Origin: a virus
Reading direction: 5' to 3' (one strand)
Virus record (IMG/VR): IMGVR_UViG_3300020151_000525
Length of the DNA stretch: 29,343 bases
Shown here: positions 1-9,041 of the stretch, piece by piece
Position numbering within the stretch: the first letter of the stretch is position 1
How the letters are laid out: each line of letters begins with the position of its first letter
Made by a program: the position numbers and the translations under genes
Notes under the pieces: model-generated
Database searches by the model: none
What the model saw: only the letters and a program-made list of their open reading frames with translations
Told to the model about the DNA's origin: nothing

Positions 1-99
1 GGTTTGGTTGTGCCACCATCGCGTATAAACGCATAACACGCAGTGCCATCCCATGTGTAACCATAGTTCTCGCAACAGATTTCCGTTGCTGCGGCAGGA
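1..99. repeat. Terminal direct repeat, copy 1 (identical to 29245-29343)
   Basis: Base-by-base comparison: ggtttggttgtgccaccatcgcg...ttccgttgctgcggcagga occurs at both ends. Confidence 0.97.
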
Positions 100-2345
100 T
101 CATTGTTAGCATTGTAAAATTGCACTTGTCCATTTGTATCAATTGCAACGGGAGTAAGCAAACAATCGGGTGTAACGCTAACCAATTTCATTAGTTTGAC
201 CTTAACGCTTTCCTGCATTCCCACAACGTAATCTTTAATCTCTAAAATTCTCCAATATGAATCCTTAATAAAGATTTCATCGTTGTATTTGAAGTCGTAA
301 ATGTCGGCAAATTCAAGCGCAAAAAACGCTTCCATTATTCGTGCATCAGGAGCGTAAATGTTAGCGATGTAATCGTTCCAATATCTCGCGTAAAGTGTCT
401 TGTGTGGTATAGAATCAACGGGGTGTAATGGTGTTTCTTGTCCAAAATTCCAATCGTTGACATTCAACCCCCCGTTGTACTCGTAATAGTGATGGAACAT
501 CGGCAACTCAAAATCAGTGTCAATGGTTAGAGTGTCATCGTCTAAAAAATGAATGGGTAAAAGTTGATTGTTGCAGCGATATAAAATGCGCGGTGTTGGG
601 TTAACGTACTCAACACTCGAATTAATGAATTTTGGAATGGGATAATCAGTTCCTTGAATTAATGCAAGTGGTGTGCTTCCAAATTCAATTTCAATTTTCA
701 TTTCTTCCGTTGCAAAATCGTTTTGTGGATCTAACAACTGCAACCTACCATACACGCGGTTTCCTTGATTGTTGTAAAGGTTGTTTAAATAGTCATCTGA
801 CTTCTTGTATGTCCATGTGTTAACGCTCGCTTGGTAATCTGTTGTCGGAGTTAATACGATGTCTTTGCTTATGTCTATCTTATTGCTCCAATCCTTTTGA
901 TTGCCTTGCGCGAGATATTCTTGCAGTGGCAAAATAGATAGTTTATTTGCGTTGAATTGGTTTGGAATGGCTACTAAATTGAACGCTTTAAAAATCGCAT
1001 TTACGAAATCAGTGCATTTCATAACTGGCGCATTTGCTACCCAGTCGATTTCATTTCCAAATAATGGTTTTGACAATTGCTCGCATTTGAAAGTAGCTTG
1101 TTGAATTGTCAACGTGCGCGTTGAACCATACGAGTTGACATTGCTCGCAGTATCAAATATGAATGGCTCAATTGTTTCGCCTGCCTCTAAAAACACTTGT
1201 TGCGTTACTGTCGTTCCAATGAATGCTGTTGAACCTGCATCTAAATAAAATTGCACTTGGTCAGAATAACCAACGTACCAATTGAATGGAGAAAACGAAC
1301 CTATGAATGTTTTGTTTGCAGCTAAATCAGTTTTAACAAGTCGCGCTGTCATGTCGCTATCATACAATTCATCGTCAACGTCTAATCCTACACTAAATGA
1401 AATCAAATAATTTCCATTGAATGGAGCTGTGAATACGTTGCCACTTGTATTACCACCTTGATCGCTTATTACTGATAACGATGGCGAATACAGATATTGA
1501 GAAACACCGCCAATTGTTTGAGTTGCGAATGCAGTAAAATCAAAAGTTCCCGTTGTTGTTTGTAGTTTGAACTTCGCTGTTTCAGCATTACCGCCTAATG
1601 TTTGACAATTGTTGTTTTCGCTCGTAAATGGAACGTGCGAATAACCTAACTCATTTGTCCAATCACTACCTCCATAGTCAATTTCAAAACCGCTTAACTC
1701 CATGATTTTTACCCATATATAAACAGCGTTTACGAATGGGGTTAATTCACCTGCCTTAATGACATTGCTTACTGAATTTGAATAGATAGAACGCGTACCC
1801 GGTGTGTTGACATTACCAACCCAATTATTGCCTCTGTCAGTTAATCCGAACTTGATAAAATTACTCGCGAAGCTGTCTGTGTTGTAATCAAATACATTCG
1901 CGTAATTGATGACAATTGGATAATCATTTTGCAACTCAACAGCGATGTAGTTTTTAAAATCCGCATCGCCAATGTTTTTAAAAAAGTCGATTACATTACC
2001 AAAGAATACAACCTCATATTCGCTTACAACTCCTTGTTGTGTATAACTCGCTTTCCATTGTATGTTTCCTTCCATTATTGGCAAGGTGTCAACCGTTATT
2101 ATCGCTTGTAACTTGCGCTTTGGATTAAACGAACTGAATTGAAAGGTGTTGTTTTCAATGAATCCAAATATCTTGGAATTGTTATCGGTTGCAGGAATGC
2201 GAAATGAACGCGAATAACTTGCATTTGCTTTCAGTTCTTTAATATCGCTAAACGAATACTGCAATGAAATTGTTTCGTTCAAATACAAATCCATGACATA
2301 CGGAACTTCCGCTCCTTGCGTGTATACTATTAATGCTGTTTCCAT
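1..2345 (-). CDS. Large tail/virion structural protein, N-terminal part (first 781 codons of a 1009-aa ORF that continues across the contig junction into 29244..28560)
   Basis: ATG at 2345-2343. Hand translation of every minus-strand codon from 2345 to 1 gives no stop (METALIVYTQGAEVPYVMDLYLNETISLQYSFSD...YWRILEIKDYVVGMQ...ICCENYGYTWDGTACYAF). Absent from the ORF track only because it runs off the window edge. Confidence 0.85.
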   Translation of the reverse strand, partial: METALIVYTQGAEVPYVMDLYLNETISLQYSFSDIKELKANASYSRSFRIPATDNNSKIFGFIENNTFQFSSFNPKRKLQAIITVDTLPIMEGNIQWKASYTQQGVVSEYEVVFFGNVIDFFKNIGDADFKNYIAVELQNDYPIVINYANVFDYNTDSFASNFIKFGLTDRGNNWVGNVNTPGTRSIYSNSVSNVIKAGELTPFVNAVYIWVKIMELSGFEIDYGGSDWTNELGYSHVPFTSENNNCQTLGGNAETAKFKLQTTTGTFDFTAFATQTIGGVSQYLYSPSLSVISDQGGNTSGNVFTAPFNGNYLISFSVGLDVDDELYDSDMTARLVKTDLAANKTFIGSFSPFNWYVGYSDQVQFYLDAGSTAFIGTTVTQQVFLEAGETIEPFIFDTASNVNSYGSTRTLTIQQATFKCEQLSKPLFGNEIDWVANAPVMKCTDFVNAIFKAFNLVAIPNQFNANKLSILPLQEYLAQGNQKDWSNKIDISKDIVLTPTTDYQASVNTWTYKKSDDYLNNLYNNQGNRVYGRLQLLDPQNDFATEEMKIEIEFGSTPLALIQGTDYPIPKFINSSVEYVNPTPRILYRCNNQLLPIHFLDDDTLTIDTDFELPMFHHYYEYNGGLNVNDWNFGQETPLHPVDSIPHKTLYARYWNDYIANIYAPDARIMEAFFALEFADIYDFKYNDEIFIKDSYWRILEIKDYVVGMQESVKVKLMKLVSVTPDCLLTPVAIDTNGQVQFYNANNDPAAATEICCENYGYTWDGTACYAFIRDGGTTK

Positions 2346-2354
2346 GCTTATTTA

Positions 2355-4193
2355 TTATGGGCAATTACCAAATCCAACCGTTACATAAATGTTTCCGCTA
2401 TACGTTGTGCCTCCACCCCAAACGGGTAGCTTCAAATAAAAGAAATTAGCTCCATCACTTGTCCCCCATACACCCGTTGCGATTATTGGCGTTCCAGGTG
2501 TCATCATGTCGAATGATGTTTGGCTACCGCCACCCGTTAACACATTACCGAGCTGAATTACACCTAATCGAGATGGTGATGTTGGTGGTGAATCTGTATA
2601 ATCAATGCTCACATAGTATGTTTGTCCACCTATTGGCGTGATTCCAGCCGTTCCTTGTACGCGAACTGATATCTTACTGCCTCTCGTTACATTCGTTAGA
2701 ACGATGTTACAAGCATCGCCAAAATTTGCGCCAAGTGATAACCCTGTATTTGAACCGATATTTGTGAATGTAGTAAAAAACTCGCATGGATCAGGGCCAG
2801 GTATTGGATACTCGGAAGCGGTTATGTTAATTGTTTCATTGTTCGAAGCTATTTGTAAACGTAAGTTTTGATTGTACTTTTTAGAGTTACGTTCACGCTT
2901 CATTAAGAACCCGTTGTCTTCTACTACAACTGGCACAATCGAGTAACCATCTACGTTGTCATCGACCATCCATACACTTTTACTCATGAATAAATCCCTC
3001 ATGTATTTGTATTCGGATTCCGTTAACCAATCGCTTGTTAAATTGATGAATGTGTTAATTATTGGTTCGCGCTCTGTTAATTCACGAGTATAGTTTTTTG
3101 TTTCGTATGGCGCGGTGGATGTTGCTGTATTGAAGTCACCTTGAAAGGTCTTATATCTTTTGCGCTCGACCTCAATACTGCGCTCATTTCGTTTAATGAA
3201 CGAGTAACTATCCCACCCACCCATTTGATTAAGCCAATAAACGTGAACTGGGTTGTACTTGCAATCCTCAGAAATGTAGTAACCATATTTGGTAGTTATC
3301 TGGTCATCGCTTGCGTCATAACCTGCATAAACATAAAATGCAGTATTGTCCGCAGTGGTGTCATCTATGTAACCGCCATTAACAAGATTCTTTAATCCAG
3401 TTGGAAGGAACAACAACGAACCTTCCGCAAAGGTCATCGGAATATCAAACGAAAACAAAAGTGCATGATTGTAATCGTACAAATCAAAAGTAAAATGGTC
3501 AATTGAATTGTACGGATAATTGGAGTTGATGTAACTGTTGTCATCTGCAACCCAAGCATGGATGTCGTATGCGCTGTCGCTTTCTTCCATGACATCGGTT
3601 CGCGATATGTATTTCCAATTGATAACTTCCGATTGCAACAACGATGGCAATTGTAAACGATGGGCTAACGTTTCTTTGTTGAATCCAATCTCATCGTCAT
3701 AGTTCTGCGACAATGCCAATGGGCGCGTGTCATTCGTACCCATCATAATAAAGTTTTGCTTACCGCTTCCGTAAATACACATGAGAAAATAACCAACCGC
3801 AACCGAGTTGTCTTCCGTAAAAACGCCACCTACATCATAACCCTCAAACAATTCAATTGTGAATGTGTTTACGTTATTTGTATCGGTTAGTGTTGGCGCG
3901 CTTGTTTGCAATACCACATCGTCACTGCCATCAAATACAATCGAATTTTTAACGAGCTGGTTGAAGATTGTTTTAGCGTTGAACACTCCGCTGTTAACTG
4001 AATTTTGAGCTACATAAAACTTATATTGCTCGGTAGTGGTGTTGTCAGTTATTAAAACGATGTATTTGAAATTGGGCTCTGCGTATTCCGTTGATGTCAT
4101 CGTGAATGAAACATCGTTATTGGAATAACATAACCCGGTAAATGCGTCAACGCCTTGCGCTGTTAATCCTGTTACTGCTGTCGTGTATGCCAT
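2355..4193 (-). CDS. Virion structural protein, putative tail/baseplate component (612 aa)
   Basis: Long ORF in the late array. Its start shares one nt with the upstream stop (TAATG). Composition is rich in N/T/S/G/Y, as in beta-rich proteins, and the C-terminal module is G/T-rich. No enzymatic motif recognised. Confidence 0.6.
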   Translation of the reverse strand: MAYTTAVTGLTAQGVDAFTGLCYSNNDVSFTMTSTEYAEPNFKYIVLITDNTTTEQYKFYVAQNSVNSGVFNAKTIFNQLVKNSIVFDGSDDVVLQTSAPTLTDTNNVNTFTIELFEGYDVGGVFTEDNSVAVGYFLMCIYGSGKQNFIMMGTNDTRPLALSQNYDDEIGFNKETLAHRLQLPSLLQSEVINWKYISRTDVMEESDSAYDIHAWVADDNSYINSNYPYNSIDHFTFDLYDYNHALLFSFDIPMTFAEGSLLFLPTGLKNLVNGGYIDDTTADNTAFYVYAGYDASDDQITTKYGYYISEDCKYNPVHVYWLNQMGGWDSYSFIKRNERSIEVERKRYKTFQGDFNTATSTAPYETKNYTRELTEREPIINTFINLTSDWLTESEYKYMRDLFMSKSVWMVDDNVDGYSIVPVVVEDNGFLMKRERNSKKYNQNLRLQIASNNETINITASEYPIPGPDPCEFFTTFTNIGSNTGLSLGANFGDACNIVLTNVTRGSKISVRVQGTAGITPIGGQTYYVSIDYTDSPPTSPSRLGVIQLGNVLTGGGSQTSFDMMTPGTPIIATGVWGTSDGANFFYLKLPVWGGGTTYSGNIYVTVGFGNCP

Positions 4194-4798
4194 TATATTT
4201 TTATTTTCTTTTGTAAATTGTCCTCAATGACTAATGTTATTTCTCTATTCAATGCGTCCTCAAATTCGGGTTGGAAATCAACGATGGTGTCGGTTACTGC
4301 ATCGCGCCAATAAAAGAGTGGTGCAATTCCATTAATGCGAATCTTACGCGTCAAATGTCCTGCCAACCCACGATATGCGCGCTCCTTTGCTTCGGGTGTT
4401 TTGAAGGTCATAAACGATCCATTCGCGTTACGTGGACGAATGCCTTTTATCTTCATCCAATCGTAAATAGCTTTTTGCATTACTCCCATTTCACCCTTTG
4501 CAGGTTTGCTTCCTGCGCCTCTGCGGAATGAATACGGGCTGTTTTGATTGCGTGCCAATCCATTGACACCTTGCTCAACAAAATCAGCGTACACGCTCGC
4601 TTGACCGCGTGCGAAAAATTGAATCTTACTACTCCTTCCATCGTAATAAAATGAAAGCGACCTTCGGAGCGTATCGCTTGCAACAGCTCTGCGTCTTTTA
4701 CCTCTAACGGTGCGATATACACCAAGATTAAGCATTGCACGCTCAACGACTTCCTGCCCAAATCGCTTCATTATCAATGTTAGTGGAGATTCAGCCAT
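4193..4798 (-). CDS. HK97 gp10-like neck/tail-completion protein (putative)
   Basis: 201 aa. Contains ...DTLRRSLSF...YADFVEQGV..., resembling the TG-L-S ... YA-x-VE-G signature of HK97 gp10-family proteins. Sits in the late array. Confidence 0.5.
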   Translation of the reverse strand: MAESPLTLIMKRFGQEVVERAMLNLGVYRTVRGKRRRAVASDTLRRSLSFYYDGRSSKIQFFARGQASVYADFVEQGVNGLARNQNSPYSFRRGAGSKPAKGEMGVMQKAIYDWMKIKGIRPRNANGSFMTFKTPEAKERAYRGLAGHLTRKIRINGIAPLFYWRDAVTDTIVDFQPEFEDALNREITLVIEDNLQKKIKI

Positions 4799-4994
4799 TT
4801 ACGAATTGTGTATAAGCGGTATTGGGATTAGCGACTAACAACTCAACAAATAGTTCAATACCTTTTGAGTTCATTGCGTTGACAAATTCTTGGTTGGAAT
4901 CCTCCCACGCAAAACAAATCGTTCCCCATTGTCCATCCGTTGGTATCACTAATTCAGTGATGCCATTTTCTTTTTGAGTAATTGTATAATTCAT
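4791..4994 (-). CDS. Hypothetical small late protein (67 aa)
   Basis: Coupled by overlap to both neighbours (ATGA upstream, 8-nt overlap downstream). Confidence 0.55.
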   Translation of the reverse strand: MNYTITQKENGITELVIPTDGQWGTICFAWEDSNQEFVNAMNSKGIELFVELLVANPNTAYTQFVNG

Positions 4995-6451
4995 ATTGTG
5001 ACCATTACTGAAATTCCTACTACTGTTGCCGAAGCTGTTGAAGCGCTGTTAACCATTTTCACGCTGCATCTATCGCCACTCGTAAAAGATACCGAGTTCA
5101 CTAAATTGGAGTAAAAGTTAGCCACTCCACCTGCTGCGATTGTAATTACTAACGATGTATCTGCATTGTTTTTTCTTAACGTCACAACCAATGTACCCGT
5201 TGCAGGTTGAGTTGTTCCAGTGTGAAAATATAATCTACTCAATGTGCAATCTTGTGGCGTTACTAATACCCTTATCGCTTCCGTATTCGATAATGTTCCA
5301 CCTTGCAAACTTGAGTATTGAGTTCCCGAAATCGGAACTTGTAAATTTCCGTTTCCAAAATTACCCGTTAAAAATGAAGTGCCAGTTCCACTATTTGCTT
5401 TGGCGTTTAATTGCGTTTGAATGTCACTCGTTACACCAACCAATCTACCTAATTCAGTTGTCGTTACTGCGCTCACATCGACCTTCCCACCGCCATTGCT
5501 TACCAACGCTCTCGATGCAGTTAAATTAGCTGTTGTTATTGTTGTCGCTGCGCCCGTTATCGTGTCTTGCTTAGTGCTTAGTGCATTGCTTTTTTCCCAC
5601 AAAGAAGTAGTTGTGTTATATACCAAAATATCGTTATTGGCAGGACTTTGCGCACTGACATTATGCAGCTCTTGCATCTCATAACCATTCTGCACTCTGA
5701 CATACATTCTGCCTGCACTGCCAGGTGAGGCAGTAGTCACAAATCCTAAATATACCAGGTGATTAGGTGCAAATGGTTTGACATTCGTAATACTTCCTGC
5801 GGTTGCTCCAAGATACACCGCGTCTCCATCCGCCCAAGTTGGCGTTGGGAAAATGTTTAACCCATCGAGTTGACCATTGACAATGATTAAACCTTTTTGA
5901 TTGTTTGCTATTGATGTGCTTAATACAATTCCAACGGTCTGCGCGCTTGTCGCATCTGTTGAATTATTGGCAAGTTTAACCGTTAATCTATCGCCAGTTC
6001 CACCGAATGCGTAAACGGGTTGACCTTTCGTAATAGTTGACCCATTGACATTTGTAACGTAGGCAAGTAATGTGTTGGGTGCTGTTCCAATAACTTGAAA
6101 CCCATTCATCGTTGAGTTGTAAATGCAGAACATTTCAGCACCATCGATAATGTCACCACCAATCAACAATCCGTTGTTATTTCGATACAAATCTTTTGCG
6201 CCTAACGAATTGATGTTAAGAGTGCATTGAGTTGTGTTACCCGTTGCAAATCGAATCAAATAGGCATCGCCATCGTTATACGCTGTTACTCCCGTTATGG
6301 TTGTGGTGTAAGTGTCCGTTCCGCTTGTTGTTCCTTTTGGAATCCCACTACCACCACCACCACCGCTCATGGTTTTCCATGTATTATCCGCTGCCAAATA
6401 ATCAGTTGTCGCGCTCGGTTGGTTGGTTGTGAATTGTACTTTTTTTGCCAT
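4991..6451 (-). CDS. Tail fibre protein (486 aa)
   Basis: The N-terminus (DGDAYLIRFATGNTTQCTLNINSLGAKDLY...GGDIIDGAEMFCIYNSTMNGFQV) matches the conserved N-terminal domain seen in many phage tail fibres. The later LHNVSAQSPANNDILVYNTTTSLWEKS is a typical fibre repeat motif. Also has a GGGGGSG linker. Confidence 0.7.
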   Translation of the reverse strand: MAKKVQFTTNQPSATTDYLAADNTWKTMSGGGGGSGIPKGTTSGTDTYTTTITGVTAYNDGDAYLIRFATGNTTQCTLNINSLGAKDLYRNNNGLLIGGDIIDGAEMFCIYNSTMNGFQVIGTAPNTLLAYVTNVNGSTITKGQPVYAFGGTGDRLTVKLANNSTDATSAQTVGIVLSTSIANNQKGLIIVNGQLDGLNIFPTPTWADGDAVYLGATAGSITNVKPFAPNHLVYLGFVTTASPGSAGRMYVRVQNGYEMQELHNVSAQSPANNDILVYNTTTSLWEKSNALSTKQDTITGAATTITTANLTASRALVSNGGGKVDVSAVTTTELGRLVGVTSDIQTQLNAKANSGTGTSFLTGNFGNGNLQVPISGTQYSSLQGGTLSNTEAIRVLVTPQDCTLSRLYFHTGTTQPATGTLVVTLRKNNADTSLVITIAAGGVANFYSNLVNSVSFTSGDRCSVKMVNSASTASATVVGISVMVTI

Positions 6452-6452
6452 C

Positions 6453-7241
6453 TTAATCGCGAATAATATCTAATGTCAATTCACCCGTTGGGCATAATTC
6501 ATTTGCAACTGCAATAGGCATTTCGCACCTTATTCGTCCATCGCCATTGTCATAGTAAGTGCCATAGTTAGACCAACAAAAACATACTTCAGGATTTTCG
6601 CAAGATGGATCAGTACCTGGATTAGAATTGAATAAAGCTACCAATTGGGGTATGTTATCGAATCCCCCTGCGCTGTAACATACAGCCACTTGTTCACCAT
6701 CGCATAAATAACGAATTGAATTGTAAACGGGATAAAGTTCGAAATCTATCACCTGCGAAAAAACACTAACCGTTTCAGCTATGTAAGGAATGTCGCACGC
6801 GTTCCACTCGTAATCAACTGTGATGTCAATTGAACCCTGCACACCGCTCAACACATTGCTAAACTCCTCGATGAATGGAGTAAAGGTAATTGGCTTTGTT
6901 ATGATAACCGATTCATCGAATATCTGACCGTTCTCGATTTCATTAACAAGGTCAGCAAATAACAAAACGCAATCACTAATTGAATGCCTTTGATATTCTG
7001 TTTTGAGTTCCTTATCGCGTGGCAAATCAGCGAACACAACCTCTAATGAATAAGTCAATTGACCAGCATCAATGCTGAATTGATTAGGTACAACGTGCAT
7101 GAATGGAAATTCATCTTCCTTCTCCAAATCCGCTTGGCTTATTTGTCCATGCGTGAATTTTCGAATTAGTGCATGATTATCTGCGAACTCCCTGAGCTTC
7201 GCGATGATAATGTTGTAAGTGTATAGTGATGAATCGCTCAT
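6453..7241 (-). CDS. Virion structural protein with a Cys-rich C-terminal module (262 aa)
   Basis: ORF in the late array between the chaperone-like gene and the fibre gene. The C-terminus reads CDGEQVAVCYS...CENPEVCFCWSNYGTYYDNGDGRIRCEMP...ELCP. Confidence 0.55.
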   Translation of the reverse strand: MSDSSLYTYNIIIAKLREFADNHALIRKFTHGQISQADLEKEDEFPFMHVVPNQFSIDAGQLTYSLEVVFADLPRDKELKTEYQRHSISDCVLLFADLVNEIENGQIFDESVIITKPITFTPFIEEFSNVLSGVQGSIDITVDYEWNACDIPYIAETVSVFSQVIDFELYPVYNSIRYLCDGEQVAVCYSAGGFDNIPQLVALFNSNPGTDPSCENPEVCFCWSNYGTYYDNGDGRIRCEMPIAVANELCPTGELTLDIIRD

Positions 7242-7261
7242 ATTAATATGTAGCTGAATGG

Positions 7262-8019
7262 CTACTTTTTAGTAAGTAATTGTTTCTGAAATTGTGCATA
7301 ATCGATTTTGTAACTCAAATGCGCAAAGATGGTTGACGCTTGTGTCTTGACAATGTTGTCAAATTTAGTGACGTCACGATCTGCGATTTCTTCGATGACA
7401 TGAAACCAACCGTAGTTATTACTTAACTCGCTTGTTGCTGTAACGCTTGCTCCATCATCTGAATCGCCTTCTTCAGTTCCGTCATCATCTGATTGTCTGA
7501 ATACTCTTGGAAACGAATCAACAATTCTTTTTCGATATTCGAAAAAAAAACCATTGCACCGTTCGCAATCATGAGCGGCATATCGTTGAAATACTCCGCG
7601 TTCTTCAGATGGATATTCGAATCGTAATCATCAACCTCGTATCGAGTAATAAATTCATTTTTACAAGGTCTGAATAAGATAGCGAGTAACTTAGTTAGAT
7701 GTTTTGGAAACTCATTACAATTAGCGTCAAGGTCTAACCATTCGCCAAATGTCATGGCGTTAATATCCGGAACGAATCGATAACGATGTTTTTCAGTAAG
7801 AAACCATTTGTTCACAAACTTCGATGGCACGTTGTTCAATGCTTCTTCGAATGATGTTTTAATCTCATTCATTTGCGTTGGTGTAAGCATCAACACTTTG
7901 CTTCGTGGTAGCTTTGTTATGGCTTGCACTTGGTTAACCAAATCGCCTTCGTTGCTTGAGAATCCAACGTACTGGGCAACCGTTATCAATTCGGGGGATA
8001 GGTCTAATTTAATCTTCAT
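7262..8019 (-). CDS. Predicted -1 frameshift fusion product (252 aa: 159 zero-frame codons plus 93 codons in the -1 frame)
   Basis: After GTT TTT TTT the -1 frame (TTC at 7543-7541) stays open for 93 codons to TAG at 7264-7262. It has no ATG/GTG/TTG until codon 76. It fills the 181-nt gap 7242-7422. Confidence 0.65.
7423..8019 (-). CDS. Zero-frame product (198 aa) of a frameshifting gene; tail-assembly-chaperone-like (gpG-type) architecture
   Basis: First ORF after the terminator at 8024-8080. Contains a T9 slippery run 39 codons before its stop. See the fusion product 7262..8019. Confidence 0.75.
   Translation of the reverse strand: MKIKLDLSPELITVAQYVGFSSNEGDLVNQVQAITKLPRSKVLMLTPTQMNEIKTSFEEALNNVPSKFVNKWFLTEKHRYRFVPDINAMTFGEWLDLDANCNEFPKHLTKLLAILFRPCKNEFITRYEVDDYDSNIHLKNAEYFNDMPLMIANGAMVFFSNIEKELLIRFQEYSDNQMMTELKKAIQMMEQALQQQAS
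7542..7550 (-). promoter_or_regulatory. Slippery homopolymer (U9 in the mRNA, containing the heptamer U UUU UUU) for -1 ribosomal frameshifting
   Basis: A9 on the plus strand. The minus-strand context is ATG GTT TTT TTT TCG. A small palindrome TCGAATATCGA follows, and a CGAAT...ATTCG pairing lies downstream. Confidence 0.6.
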
Positions 8020-8023
8020 ATTT

Positions 8024-8080
8024 TAAAAATAAAAAAACACACCCCCTATGCGCCCTGTTCTGATGGGAAGGGGGGGGTGT
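8024..8080 (-). terminator. Rho-independent terminator ending the minus-strand early/middle unit
   Basis: Minus strand: ACACCCCC(8080-8073)...GGGGGTGT(8046-8039), an 8-bp GC-rich stem with inner CCC/GGG pairing, followed by GTTTTTTTATTTTT. It starts 4 nt after the stop of ORF 8084..8251. Confidence 0.7.
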
Positions 8081-8083
8081 CTG

Positions 8084-8251
8084 TTAATCTTCATACTTCT
8101 TTGAAAGTTCGGTAATCCATTCGGAGTAAAGTTCGGTAATCTTTGCTTTTGCTAATCGCTTCCTTTGTTCCTTTTGTTGTAACCACATTCCGAATAAAAC
8201 CGCGATGGTAAAAGCGGAATGCGCTTGTTGGTTTACTTCTGTATTTTCCAT
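8084..8251 (-). CDS. Hypothetical small protein (55 aa), below the ORF-track cutoff
   Basis: Its ATG shares one nt (8251) with the upstream TGA stop (minus-strand TGATG). Reads MENTEVNQQAHSAFTIAVLFGMWLQQKEQRKRLAKAKITELYSEWITELSKKYED. The stop is directly followed by the terminator. Confidence 0.5.
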   Translation of the reverse strand: MENTEVNQQAHSAFTIAVLFGMWLQQKEQRKRLAKAKITELYSEWITELSKKYED

Positions 8252-8487
8252 CAGTTAAATAATTCAAATGATAATGAATGTTCGTTTAAATGGTCGCGTA
8301 ACATCTGACGCATATCTTCAAACGCTTGTTTGTAATCTTCGCTTTTGGTCTCATCGTACTTTATCACGCGCCTCATGTCCTCGTCCATCCTCCAAATTAG
8401 AAATGTGATAGCGTCCAGGTGAGTGAATAACTTGTGCTTTGCGATATCTTCCGCATCGTTCAAATCAAAGGTGATTGTGGCTTTCAT
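8251..8487 (-). CDS. Hypothetical early protein (78 aa)
   Basis: ORF coupled by a 4-nt overlap to the upstream gene. Confidence 0.6.
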   Translation of the reverse strand: MKATITFDLNDAEDIAKHKLFTHLDAITFLIWRMDEDMRRVIKYDETKSEDYKQAFEDMRQMLRDHLNEHSLSFELFN

Positions 8488-8774
8488 ATTTTGTCGCTTA
8501 TTATTATTTGTACGGGTGAATCTCCTTCACCAACAATGGTTTGTCTCGCTTGTTTTGGTTTAAAGTATTCGAGCGTTTTCAAATACAATTCACTCGCTAT
8601 CATTTTGTCTTCATCATTGCGACTGCTCCACAACTTATCGAGGAACGCGTTGAACTGCTCCGCTTGTTGTCCTGTAATCGATTCGCCAAGTTGCTCCCAT
8701 TGTTCAGTTCGTTTATTCTTTGAGCCAACTGGTCTTCCACTTGCGTTATTCGTTTGTCCTTTTGGTAATCCCAT
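8484..8774 (-). CDS. Hypothetical protein with an N-terminal basic GxPxGxxNxxxGRPxGSKNK motif (possible DNA-binding or small-terminase-like protein)
   Basis: MGLPKGQTNNASGRPVGSKNKRTEQW... resembles the N-termini of some small terminase / DUF5681-type phage proteins. The assignment is weak. Confidence 0.35.
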   Translation of the reverse strand: MGLPKGQTNNASGRPVGSKNKRTEQWEQLGESITGQQAEQFNAFLDKLWSSRNDEDKMIASELYLKTLEYFKPKQARQTIVGEGDSPVQIIISDKI

Positions 8775-8776
8775 AA

Positions 8777-8989
8777 TTATAACATAAAAAGGTCGTGAAT
8801 ATCTTTATCCATAGTACTCAACCAATATTTTCCATCTAAATTGAATCTTGTTAATTCATTTTCAACCACAGCGACTACTGGATGATTGTTTCTATATGTT
8901 TCAAACAAATGAATTTCCGAAACTCTCAATCCATTTCTTGTTACAACAGGTTCACCTGCTAAAGCTTTTTTTAAATTAAACGGTTTCAT
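8777..8989 (-). CDS. Hypothetical early protein (70 aa)
   Basis: ORF in the same-strand array. No motif recognised. Confidence 0.55.
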   Translation of the reverse strand: MKPFNLKKALAGEPVVTRNGLRVSEIHLFETYRNNHPVVAVVENELTRFNLDGKYWLSTMDKDIHDLFML

Positions 8990-9041
8990 AATTATTCAAA
9001 TTCATCTAATTAATTTTTGATGTTTACAAAAACCATATAAA

